A DNA stretch of 64,000 nt from an uncultured Acidimicrobiia bacterium (lineage in GTDB: Bacteria > Acidobacteriota > Terriglobia > Versatilivoradales > Versatilivoraceae). Shown piece by piece: positions 54,349 to 64,000 of the stretch. The notes beneath the pieces were generated by a model, which saw nothing but the letters and a program-made list of their open reading frames with translations, made no database searches and was not told the DNA's origin. The first letter of the stretch is position 1, and each line of letters begins with the position of its first letter. The translations under genes were made by a program, and so were the position numbers. The DNA lies in contig CAWBAT010000006.1 of the NCBI GenBank assembly GCA_963786955.1, forward strand, positions 672,001-736,000. Direction: 5' to 3'.

Positions 54349-57098
54349 TCAATGCGCCAGCCCCAGGACACAAGCGTGGAGTCGCTCGACAATCTCCGCT
54401 GTACGGTCCGCTTCGCTGACTTTTCGCCCGGCGGAATCCTGAACGTAAAACACGTCAAACACATGCGCTTTTTCTGTGGCCAACTTGGCAAACACAATAT
54501 TCAACCCGCAGGCCGCCAGAGTCCTGGCAACCTCGTAGCCTAATCCGACGCGGTCATCAGCTTGCACTTCAATCACAGTGGCCAAGCTCGAAATCGCATT
54601 GTCGACGTTTACTTTGGAGGGAAATGATCCGGGAGTATTCCCAACTCCGGTTCTTGATTTAAAGTGGGACTTCAAGTACTGATCAATATCGATCTGCTTC
54701 GTAATGGCTTTGACCAGCAGCCGTTCCACTCTCGGGAAGTCCTCACTTTGCAGTCGATGAGTCCCTGACAGGCTTCCTACTTGAAACACGTCAAGAACAA
54801 TCCCGTCATTTCGGGTATTAAGCTGGGCACTGAGAATATTCAGATTAAAGGCAGACAAAGCCCCTGCGATCTCAGCAAACAAGCCGGGATGATCTCCCGT
54901 GGCAATATATAACTCGGTGTAGCCCTGCTCCGGCCGCTCGACCCAGCGAACAGCAACTTTTTCAATTTCCAGAGGCGCAATCAGACGGAGTTGTTCCTGA
55001 ATCTGCCGAATGGGAGTGTAGAGGACATATTTTTCGGGCAAGTTGCTGAAGTGCTCATCCATGAGTTTCGTCGGAATTTCCGGTCCCAAGCTCTTTTCAC
55101 TTCTTCCCGAATCTGCTTGATTTCCTTCCGACTCCCGGAAGCGCCTTTCTTGTCGAACATGAGCCGTTCATAGCTCTTGTAGTAGAGTTCCCAGAGCAAG
55201 TAGTCCTTCCAGTCTGTCCATACTCCCGGGCCTACGGCACGCGCATCGGCGTATGTCATGATCAATAACATATTGAGCACATCCGCTCGCCCTACAGTTC
55301 GCGCGAATTCAGAGACTGTGTGCGGGTCTTCGAGATCGCGGCGCTGGGAGACGTGGGCCATTAAGAAGTGATGACGGACCAAATTTTCAATCTTCTCGGT
55401 TTCGTCCGGGTCAAAGCCTAAACGAGATGCCGCCTGGGCAGCCAGCTTCGCTCCTTTTTCAGCATGCCCTCCTCCAAGTCCTTTCCCGATATCGTGCGTG
55501 AGCAGAGCAAAGTAAAGGGAGCTGGCGTCGAAGACTTCGTTGAGAATTTTCTGATACGGGCCATGCCTGGACACTTTTTCCGAGGCCATTTGATCGAGAA
55601 CTTCCAAAGCCAGCAGGGTATGTTCGTCGGTAGTATAGCGATGGTATAGGTCGTGCTGGACCTGGCAAGTCAATCGGCCAAATTCCGGCAACACCCGGCC
55701 CAGGAGCCCCGTCTCATGCATCTGCCGCAAGACGGAGGCAACCCTTCCTTTGGTCCTCAAGATCGCGCGAAAATCCGACCCCAGCGTCGAGTTTGAAAAT
55801 TCAGAGGATTTAAAACGCCGGAGAGAACGACGGATGTGAGTTTTTAAAGCTTCCCCGACTAAACGAGGGTCGGGCTTGCGAGTGGCGAAATATCTTTATC
55901 CATTTTGCCGGAGTTGATGCATCCAGGTCCTTTAAATCCGCTTGCTGATCGCGCGAAAGTGAGGAAGAAGTCATCCGGCTGATTTTCTCGCCGACCCAGC
56001 TGTGCTTCGGTGACGATTCTTCACGCAATCCCGCCAATAGGGTATCCAATACGTGGGCTACCCGGCGAACTTGCTGGTAGTAAAACTTTAAAAAAGCTTC
56101 CGACTCCTTTTGATAGGGTGCTCGGCGAAATTCAAGTATGGGACAACAGCGGGCAAGTGTTGATGAGAGAGGGTGTCGGTGGCACGATTCGTGACGAAAT
56201 GCAGATGGGCTCGAAGGGATTTCAGAAACTGGTACGCTTTCTGCAGCTTGCCTCCATTCCTCCAGACTGACCCCTTGCTTTCCAGGCTTGCTTCAACTGT
56301 GACTTCCGGGGAAAATGCTTTCGCAATCCATTGAATGGTGTGGAAATCTCTCAGTCCTCCACGACATTCTTTGATATTGGGCTCCTGGATAAAGGGTGTG
56401 CCGCCTTGACTTTCGTGCCGTTCCTGAATGGAGAGCAGGAGCCGCTCTCGAATTACGTTTTTCTCCTTAACAACCGCCCGTCGGAGTTTCTGCTGGAAGT
56501 CATCGAAGAGTTTGACGTTGCCGATCACCAATCGGGAATCCAGCATCGAGTTCAAAGAAACTAAGTCATCTTTTGCCATTTGCAAGGCATCCTGAACCGT
56601 ACGGACACTGTGGCCAACTTGAAGGCCCATGTCCCACAACAAGCAGAGAATCCCTTGAATCTGTTGATGCTCCGCTTGCCCTGCGCGGGATTCACGAAGA
56701 AACATCAAATCGACATCCGAATAAGGCGCCATCTCGCGCCGCCCATAGCCTCCAATCGCCACCAGGGTTAGCGGTTCTTCACCTTTAGACTGCCTTTTTG
56801 ATTTGGACTGGATTTGAGCCTCGTAAATCCTGTTCAATAAAAAATCAACCAGGAGGCTGCGAAGTAGGAACACGTCAACGTTTTCAATCCCTGCGCGATG
56901 TTTCAACTTCCAGCGCCGGAGTTCGTGTCGATGGAGGCGGCGCCCATATTCGAGAAGCGTTTCTTCTGGCTTCCTGGCTGCTAAGTCGAAAGGATAGGCA
57001 TCCAGCGGCACGGTCTGGGCTCCTTCTCCAAGGGCTCTCCCCGTAGCCAAACTTTGCATTTCTTCAGAAGATTCGCTTTTCAGCCCGCTGGGTGTCAT
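54349..57098 (-). CDS. glnD: [Protein-PII] uridylyltransferase (frameshifted)
   Basis: AIGGYGRREMAPYSDVDL, EPNIKECRGGLRD, YHRYTTDEH, HDIGKG, two C-terminal ACT domains. Confidence 0.93.
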
Positions 57099-57264
57099 GG
57101 ACGATGAAAATTCCGGCTTAAGTTACATTTCACGCTTAGATGGTCTCTAACTTCGGGCGCAGTCACGCAGAGCCTGAACTCTCAGTCCAATCAGGCCCCC
57201 GGAGAACTGCGCCTCGCAGCACGGTGAAGAGAGACTTTAGGTTCAGACCCAACCCTTCAATTCA

Positions 57265-58543
57265 CTATTTTTTCCCAAACATATTGTTACCAAATATGAG
57301 ACCAATTTCAGCGACGGCGCGGAGCTGGTTGGCGTTGTCGCCTGAGGGACCGAAAACGAAACCCGGCGTGTAGCTATTCGCTTGAACATAAGAAAGGTCT
57401 CCGCGAACGAAGAAGGCTCCCTTTTGAAAGGTGGGCGTGGCGGTGATTGACCAGGCCGAACTGCCCGGACCATACAATAAATTAACGGCTTGATCCGCAG
57501 CGTTCCCATTGCTCGAGAGATATTCCCAGCGACCCGAAAGTGAGAAGCCGTGTTCTAACTTGTAAGTCGCACATATCGCACCGCCTGTGGTCGACGCCCC
57601 CTTCAGGACGCCAATCTCTGGGTTTGTGGGCACACTCGTGTACTGAAAGTAGGGCTGGATGATCCAAGGCCCCTTCGTGTACGTATAGATGACGTTGTAA
57701 ATACTGCCGTTGTTCTGCACAGGCGTCGCAAAAGTTTGAAATTTGGTCTGACTCAGATTTCCACCCGCCACGAACGCAATGCTATGGGGCCCACTGACAT
57801 AGCTAATGGCGCCGGTCAACCAGGAGTAGCGATTGGAATAGAAGCCATCGCCATAGGAAAATGAAAGATTTACTTTCCCCATCGTCTGATTAATCTGGAC
57901 TCCGCGAGTGACCGCATTTTCCTGGTTCCACAGCAAGCCTCGCTGAACGTGCATGTTTTCGAAACTGAATGTGTACTCGGCGCCGATCAAGGTGGGCAGA
58001 GCACCAATGAGGATGGAAGTATTCTTGCCGGGCACTAGTTTCAGAAAACCGACCGGCAACGGGCCAAAGAGGTTGGAGATGGCTTGGTCGGTTTCGAGGT
58101 ACGATGTCCCCAGAGACAGAATATTATAGGCGCCCGCCTGCACATAGAATTGCCACCAGCCGTCGGTTTTTTGGATCCACACCTGCCCGTTACTGAGAGC
58201 TGCTTGCTGGGAGTTATTACTTGCAGGCACGATATCCCCCCTGGTACAAGCCTGTGCCACTGATGATCCCGTTCACGGCCAGCTTGCCCAACGGTCCAGC
58301 GTCGAAAGTGACTGGGGGGAGTCCCGATAGCGGACCAGTCATAGCAGGAGTTGAGAGGGGAGTAGGTTCCGGTTCGGCAGGTGTTGCCGGTTTAGTATCC
58401 GCTCCCGGCGCCGGAGCCTTCTGGTCCGTCGTCTGCGGAGCAGGTGTGGTCTGTGCGCTGCAAACAGAGGCTAACCCAAGGCAGAGGACAATCACTGCGA
58501 CGTTTTTCAGATAGTCGAGTTTCATGCTTCTCGCTAAAGTCAT
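57265..58543 (-). CDS. Outer-membrane beta-barrel porin (BBP2/DUF1597-like, frameshifted)
   Basis: Signal peptide plus Pro-rich linker (ORF 58217-58543); GALPTLIGAEYTF, LSGRWEY, ITATPTFQ...FVRGDLSYV strands. Confidence 0.78.
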
Positions 58544-58856
58544 GAGCCACGCAGATTCTGTCGTTTTGGATGTGATGTGTGTCGACAGATGCCAAATCGA
58601 CTTGAAAGCCGCTTCCCCGAGCTCTGGGAGCTTTCTTTAGGCTCGCACTCGCATTTGCTTTGCTCGATCGCTTCAATGTTTTTCTCCTTGTTTTTCCCGA
58701 TTCGATCGCCGTTCTCAAAATGCCGACCAGAAATTGGAACGACCGTGAATTGAACATTTGAAACCTCCGCATATGATTATGATTAAAGCAGCCTGTTCAT
58801 TGCCGCTTCGGCCACGTGTTGTCATGGATAAAAGGTCTACCCGCAACTGCTGAGAC

Positions 58857-58898
58857 AAAAAAAAATCCATTGGCGGGAGTTCTTCCTCAACCAATGGA
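58857..58898 (-). terminator. Intrinsic terminator in 5' leader of the porin-glnD-glnK-amtB cluster
   Basis: Minus strand TCCATTGG-N17-CCAATGGA followed by nine T. Confidence 0.85.
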
Positions 58899-58980
58899 CG
58901 TCTCTGTCCCCGGTGCACTCACTTCTTGAGCACACCGTCATATTTTCGTGAAAGGCGTATTCAACACGACCTTGTGTCGA
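58896..58980 (-). promoter_or_regulatory. Putative ANTAR-binding dual-hairpin RNA leader
   Basis: UCGACAC-AAGGUC-GUGUUGA (58961-58980) and GGAC-AGAGAC-GUCC (58896-58909), both AxxG hexaloops; the second overlaps the terminator stem. Confidence 0.7.
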
Positions 58981-59165
58981 AAACAGGGTGAATTGTAAGC
59001 GGATTTTAAATTAGTTCAAGTTTATTTATTTTATGATATTCATAAACATAATTTATGCACTTGGAAATAGCAGTGGAGCGTCTCGCTCGCTTTCACCCTC
59101 TGACAGCCGATGAGACAAGAAGATGATTGAGACCACATTCGCAGCGTGATAGGGGGATGGAAGGC

Positions 59166-60809
59166 CTACCCCCCACTTTGCCGTGGAGGGACCTCTACAG
59201 TCACCGGTTTTTTTTCTTCAGCGGGGCGATCCGGTGGAAGCGGTTTGCGGGGCATCATTTCATCGCGCATCGCGGCCTGATAGACGAGACTGGCGATCAC
59301 CACGGATGCCTGCATCAAGTCTTCGGGTTGAACATGATCCACGACATCAATATTGCTATGATGGGTCCTGCCGTATTCGAGGCCGTCTTGAACAAATTGA
59401 AATCCGGGCAATCCCACCGCATCAAAGGAGAGATGATCGGTTCCAAAGGTATCCCGAATGCTTACAGTAGTCACTCCCAGGTCAGCGAAAGGCTTTAGCC
59501 ACTCTTCAAAGATGGGCCGAGCCGCCGTGTTTCCCTGCAAGAAGATTCCTCGAATCTTCCCGCTCCCGTTGTCGAAGTTAAAGTAGACCGATAATTTGGA
59601 GTGTTCCGGCTTCAGGCTCAAGGGACCCTCATAAGAGTGCAGATTTTCTGGCAGATCCCTTTCTTCCGGGTCAGAAGGCTCAGGACGGGAACCAAAGTGC
59701 TGGCTGACATAGGCGCGCGATCCTTTCAGACCTTGTTCTTCCCCGCTCCAGAGAGCAATACGAATGGTTCGTCGCGGATTGACCTTTAAAGCCATAAGGA
59801 TCCGGGTGACTTCCATACAGACTGCAGATCCGACTCCATTGTCTGTAGCCCCCGTGCCGACATGCCAGGAATCCAGGTGCGCTCCCAACATGACCACTTC
59901 GTCTTTTCGGTCGGTACCGGGAATTTCCGCCAGGGTGTTGTAGGACATGAGACCCTGCTCATAAAATGTGTTCTTGACCTCTAGTTCCAATTCCACCTCA
60001 ACGTTCAGGCCAATCAGCCTCATGATGCGGTTGTACTGTTCCGATGCCATGACCAGGGAAGGAACCCCCACCGGCTCATCCGGGCGATAATATTGCCTCC
60101 AGGATGCAAACAACATCCCTCCACTACCGCGGCCCGGCTCAATGACAGCGACCACTTTTTCTTCGGCAAGAAACTGGACAAGTGCTTTTTCAAAATTGCG
60201 CTTCTTGATGAACTCGGCTCGAGCCTCCTGTTTGTTGGAGGCTGGGGGTGGGGAGTAATGGAAAATCTGATCGAGTTCTTGATCAGACAATCGAGTCATA
60301 TTCGTCTTATCCTGAGGTTTGATTTCCTCAATAGGGCTAAACAGAAGAATCATACCGGCCACTTTCCCTTTGTAGTTGGCGAAGTCGGCTTCGGACTCCA
60401 GCTTTACTTTCATCACTTTCGCCCGAACCGGCGCGCTAAGCCCAGGGGTCCAGGCCTTCGGAAAGGCCAGGAGTGGGGCATAATCCGGAGAGATCATGTG
60501 CACCGATACCCGGTCCATCGACCACCCTCGACGAAAGGGTCCCCAGGCTTCCAGGTGCGCATTGACGAGTCCCCAAGCTTCCAGTTGTTTCTCGGCCCAC
60601 TCATTGGCTCTTCGCATGTTGGTCGAGCCGGTCAATCGAGGACCAATCTCATCACAAAGCCGGCTCAGAATTTCCATGACTTTTGAATTCCCGAATCCTT
60701 CCTGCCGGATTCGAGTGAGCATCTGGAGGTTAAAAGCTTCCTCTGAAAACAGGTGAATGATTGGGAGAAAGAGACAACTCGTCAGGATGAGTGCCGTTTT
60801 ACTTCGCAT
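59166..60809 (-). CDS. M28 family aminopeptidase
   Basis: GPRLTGS, GAHLDSW, GATDNG, SGEEQGL, TDHLSF, HH. Confidence 0.92.
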   Translation of the reverse strand: MRSKTALILTSCLFLPIIHLFSEEAFNLQMLTRIRQEGFGNSKVMEILSRLCDEIGPRLTGSTNMRRANEWAEKQLEAWGLVNAHLEAWGPFRRGWSMDRVSVHMISPDYAPLLAFPKAWTPGLSAPVRAKVMKVKLESEADFANYKGKVAGMILLFSPIEEIKPQDKTNMTRLSDQELDQIFHYSPPPASNKQEARAEFIKKRNFEKALVQFLAEEKVVAVIEPGRGSGGMLFASWRQYYRPDEPVGVPSLVMASEQYNRIMRLIGLNVEVELELEVKNTFYEQGLMSYNTLAEIPGTDRKDEVVMLGAHLDSWHVGTGATDNGVGSAVCMEVTRILMALKVNPRRTIRIALWSGEEQGLKGSRAYVSQHFGSRPEPSDPEERDLPENLHSYEGPLSLKPEHSKLSVYFNFDNGSGKIRGIFLQGNTAARPIFEEWLKPFADLGVTTVSIRDTFGTDHLSFDAVGLPGFQFVQDGLEYGRTHHSNIDVVDHVQPEDLMQASVVIASLVYQAAMRDEMMPRKPLPPDRPAEEKKPVTVEVPPRQSGG

Positions 60810-61170
60810 CAGTTTTCCTTATTCGTCTTGACTGTTTTAAGTGCAGATCGCTTCTTAAGTGGATGAAGTGAAAAAGAAACCTAGATCAACTTCATTGGAG
60901 TTTAGCCCGATTCAGAGCCAATGGGAGCCCCAATCCAAATTCTCCCTGACCCGTAAGTCTTTTAAAAGGTTATTATCTGTGATGCATTGCGCTTGACACC
61001 AGCAAAAGATTCCTGGACGTATCTCAATTGCCCTTCACTCTAATCTAGGGTGGATTGCTTGCGAGGAATCATCTTCCCAGGCTGGAACGCTCTTGCACAG
61101 TGGGCTTGAATCCGCCCAACGTGAATTGTATAGTGCTTTTTCAGCTCAGAGACATCGAGAAAGGATCCAG

Positions 61171-62229
61171 ATGATCAAAAGACCGACCAAAAGGAGAGCT
61201 ACACTAATTCAGCTTTTAGTTTTCACAATTTTCACTCTGTTCTTGCTGTGCCCTGCCCTGTCAGCCGCAGAAAATTTGGACATTTACTTCATCGATGTTG
61301 AAGGCGGTGCCGCTACCTTAATCGTCACGCCCCAACACGAACCGATCCTGATTGACTGTGGATCGAAAAGCGCCGATTCGCGGGATCTGAACAGAATTCT
61401 GTATGTTGCCAAGCTGGCTGGGATCTCGAGGATTGACCATTTGGTCGTCAGCCATTTTCATGGAGATCATTTTGGGCCGATACTTCAGCTGAGTCAGACC
61501 ATTCCCATTGGCCACTTTTACGATCACGCTTTGATGCAACCCGACCAGGAGTACGACAAAGATTTATACGCCGATTATCAGAAGGCCTCCCAAGGGAAGC
61601 GACAAGTCCTGCATGCCGGAGATACCATTCCGCTGAAGAAGAAGACTGTGCCGCTGAGACTCATCTGCGTGGTCGCAGACGGCAAGGTCATTCCGACGCC
61701 TGTAGGCGTCGGAGCCGGTCCCAACCCCTTTTGTGATGTGCCAGCGAAACCTGTGGACACGTCGGATAATGCCAGGAGCATCGGTCTTCTTCTGAGTTAT
61801 GGTGACTTCGATTTTCTCGATTTGGGGGATTTGACGTGGAACATTGAGCATCAACTGGTCTGCCCCAATAATCCCTTGGGAAAGATAGATCTGCAGATGG
61901 TAACGCACCATGGTCTCGACCTTAGCAGTAATCCGGCCTTGGTCAAGGTGATTGAACCGACGGTCAGTATCATGTGCAATGGCCCCCACAAAGGAGCGAA
62001 CGCGGAAGTTGTCTCCCTGTTCAAATCAATCCCAAGCCTGAAAGCGACTTACCAACTGCATCGCAATGTCGAAATGAGCGAAAAAGATAATCCCGATAAA
62101 AGCCAGATCGCCAATTGGGAAGAGAACTGCAAAGGTGAATTCATCAAGGTGTCCGTATTCCCGGATACGAAAAACTTCTCAGTGACAATAGGTGAGAAAG
62201 GTAAAAGCACAATTTATTATACGAAATGA
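61171..62229 (+). CDS. ComEC/Rec2-like metallo-beta-lactamase fold hydrolase, secreted
   Basis: YFIDVEGG, SHFHGDHFG, LGDL, THHG. Confidence 0.85.
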   Translation: MIKRPTKRRATLIQLLVFTIFTLFLLCPALSAAENLDIYFIDVEGGAATLIVTPQHEPILIDCGSKSADSRDLNRILYVAKLAGISRIDHLVVSHFHGDHFGPILQLSQTIPIGHFYDHALMQPDQEYDKDLYADYQKASQGKRQVLHAGDTIPLKKKTVPLRLICVVADGKVIPTPVGVGAGPNPFCDVPAKPVDTSDNARSIGLLLSYGDFDFLDLGDLTWNIEHQLVCPNNPLGKIDLQMVTHHGLDLSSNPALVKVIEPTVSIMCNGPHKGANAEVVSLFKSIPSLKATYQLHRNVEMSEKDNPDKSQIANWEENCKGEFIKVSVFPDTKNFSVTIGEKGKSTIYYTK

Positions 62230-62348
62230 CCCGTCGCGAGCAAGACCGCCTATTGCGACTTCCACTTGAATATTCGGTGCGGATCAAAAACCTCTGATGA
62301 TTGGCGCCTTTTGGAGGACTGAGTTCCACGAGGCCTGATGAAATCAAA

Positions 62349-62450
62349 GGTGGAACGCGCGCTCTCGCGCGCGTTCAAGCGTGTGCCGGGGGACAGCGGT
62401 CCCGCGCGCCCGCTCCACCTGAATGTGGCGTCGCAGAGCTCCGCCCTCCA
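62349..62450. repeat. REP-like palindrome cluster (GTGG doublet plus GGAG unit)
   Basis: GGTGGAACGCGCGCTCTCGCGCGCGTT...CGCTCCACC and GGCGTCGCAGAGCTCCGCCCTCC between convergent genes. Confidence 0.6.
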
Positions 62451-62462
62451 AATGTTCGACGC

Positions 62463-62501
62463 AAAAAAAAAGCCTGGCTGCGCCACCCGCTGCCAGGCTT
62501 T
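62463..62501 (-). terminator. Intrinsic terminator after atpE
   Basis: AGCCTGGC...GCCAGGCT stem followed by a T-run on the minus strand. Confidence 0.85.
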
Positions 62502-62522
62502 ATGGTTTCAAAACGTAAAACT

Positions 62523-62828
62523 CTATACTTTGATGAAAATGATCAGCAAGGTGTAAAGTGCTAGTGACTCGATCAGCACCAACCCCAACAACAAGGAGAA
62601 ACGTATTGCGGGTGCTGCTCCCGGATTGCGGGCTAATCCCTCACAAGCTGCCGCAATCGCTTTCCCCTGCGCCAGTCCGCAAACGGACGACGCAATTGCC
62701 ATTGCGAACCCAGCCGTAATGGTTGTCCACTGGTGCCCTCCGGCCGCAGCTGCATCCTGCGCGAAGACCGGGGATGCCATCAAGAGTACTCCCATGGTCA
62801 GTAATGCGAATGCAAAAACCTTTCTCAT
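62523..62828 (-). CDS. atpE: F0F1 ATP synthase subunit c
   Basis: GLAQGKA, ARNP loop, LIESLALY; AAAGGAG RBS; N-terminal signal-like extension. Confidence 0.95.
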   Translation of the reverse strand: MRKVFAFALLTMGVLLMASPVFAQDAAAAGGHQWTTITAGFAMAIASSVCGLAQGKAIAAACEGLARNPGAAPAIRFSLLLGLVLIESLALYTLLIIFIKV

Positions 62829-62956
62829 GGTTTTCGCTCCTTTCATTGAAAGATCACTCCATCGGATTCTATCAACGGAGTGTTATAAACTGCCCCACGG
62901 AGGTGGTCCCCGGAAAACCCTCGTGCATCCCGGGCTCACGCGTGAAGCAAACCTGG

Positions 62957-63718
62957 TCAGTGATCTTCTGCCACCGCACCGGAAACGTAAATCATGGTAA
63001 GAACCATGAAAATAAATGCTTGGAGAAAACTTGTAAAGATGGCAAGGCCCATGATCGGTAATGGAAGAAGAAACGGCAGCAAACCAAAGAAGACGACAAT
63101 AATCAGCTCTTCTCCGTAGATATTGGCAAACAGACGTACAGTCAATGAAAACGGCCGTGCCAAATGACTGATAATCTCAATCGGGAACATCAACCACGAC
63201 AGCCACCAGACCGGTCCGGCAAAATGCTTAAGGTACTTTAGGACACCGTTTTTCTTGATCCCCAGGTAATTATAATAAAGGAACACCGTGATAGCGCAAC
63301 CGGCGGTCACGTTGATATTACTTGTCGGCGACATGAATCCGGGAATCAGTCCGAGCAAATTCATAAGCAAAATGAACGTGCCGATCGTTGCGATCATGGG
63401 CAGGAATTTCTTCCCGCCATGGCCAATATTCTCTTCCAACTGTTCATGGAGGAATTCTATGGCTACTTCCAGCAGATGCTGGATTTTCCCGGGCTTTTCC
63501 ATGGAGAACGAGCGGCGAACCAGCGGGAAGAAAACGCAACAGAAAAGAAATACAAAGAGCGCGAAGAGAACATGATCCGGGATGACTTTTTCGGGGGGGA
63601 TATATTTTTGGTGAAAAAAACCATAGAAGGTCGTGCAGATTGAGTTCTTGACCGGAGCAACCAACGGTCCCAGGAGGCGGTTAGCTTCCTCTGAAATCCA
63701 AAGACTATGCTCTTCCAT
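62957..63718 (-). CDS. atpB: F0F1 ATP synthase subunit a
   Basis: NLLGLIPG, PTSNIN, RPFSLTVRLFAN, LQAFIF. Confidence 0.96.
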   Translation of the reverse strand: MEEHSLWISEEANRLLGPLVAPVKNSICTTFYGFFHQKYIPPEKVIPDHVLFALFVFLFCCVFFPLVRRSFSMEKPGKIQHLLEVAIEFLHEQLEENIGHGGKKFLPMIATIGTFILLMNLLGLIPGFMSPTSNINVTAGCAITVFLYYNYLGIKKNGVLKYLKHFAGPVWWLSWLMFPIEIISHLARPFSLTVRLFANIYGEELIIVVFFGLLPFLLPLPIMGLAIFTSFLQAFIFMVLTMIYVSGAVAEDH

Positions 63719-64000
63719 CGTTTTCCTTCACCAAAGACCGGCCGACCAAAAAAATACACTCAAAGAGAACGGCTCCGACGAAAAGAAAAAGGCCAAGAAT
63801 GGCGCCTCGGAGATCCAAAAATCGAAAGCGGAATATAACATACAGGGTACTTCCGATCAAGGCGTATCTCAGCAAATACTTCAAGATAATCTTGCGGTTA
63901 GACTGCGACAATGGTAACGAAGACCCACTCTGCAATACCACGAGGCGATCGATCCCATACTTCATCCACGAGAAATTGATCGCCGACAACAGGGCTCCGA
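63705..64000 (-). CDS. atpI: ATP synthase protein I (5'-truncated by window edge)
   Basis: Hydrophobic ORF (SAINFSWM...KYLLRYALI) overlapping the atpB start. Confidence 0.75.
   Translation of the reverse strand, partial: GALLSAINFSWMKYGIDRLVVLQSGSSLPLSQSNRKIILKYLLRYALIGSTLYVIFRFRFLDLRGAILGLFLFVGAVLFECIFLVGRSLVKENDGRA

Noticed and set aside
58392-58772. ORF between the attenuator and the porin as a regulatory leader peptide
   Set aside because: It has an RBS-like GGAGG but no telling codon bias, and given the indel rate it cannot be separated from a frameshifted porin extension or untranslated leader

Overview
A 64 kb bacterial chromosomal segment. Gene content (CRTAC1/ASPIC proteins, split atpIBE, several conserved hypotheticals) is most consistent with an Acidobacteriota member; this is inference. 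Many genes carry single-base frameshifts (larA, thiD, GMC oxidoreductase, yjbQ, cfa, glnD, porin, amrS, CRTAC1, ABC permease), most likely uncorrected long-read indels. Housekeeping and accessory genes include tRNA-Cys, adk, sppA, hppA, a MacAB-type ABC exporter, trmJ and atpIBE. Five things stand out. (1) A B12-photoreceptor CarH/LitR gene with two mirror-image 11-bp-repeat operators on divergent promoters; these face a UfaD/UfaO/UfaM-like (furan fatty acid-type) lipid cluster and a secreted Kelch-like protein, with no carotenoid genes in the window. (2) A promoter, dual AxxG-hexaloop and overlapping terminator leader of ANTAR type ahead of a porin-glnD-glnK-amtB cluster. (3) An integrase-less integron cassette remnant with two attC sites. 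(4) Three different MITE-like shells, each wrapped around a GTAG-REP doublet. (5) A Fur-box-preceded beta-barrel plus monoheme cytochrome c pair. All calls come from reading the sequence; no searches were run.
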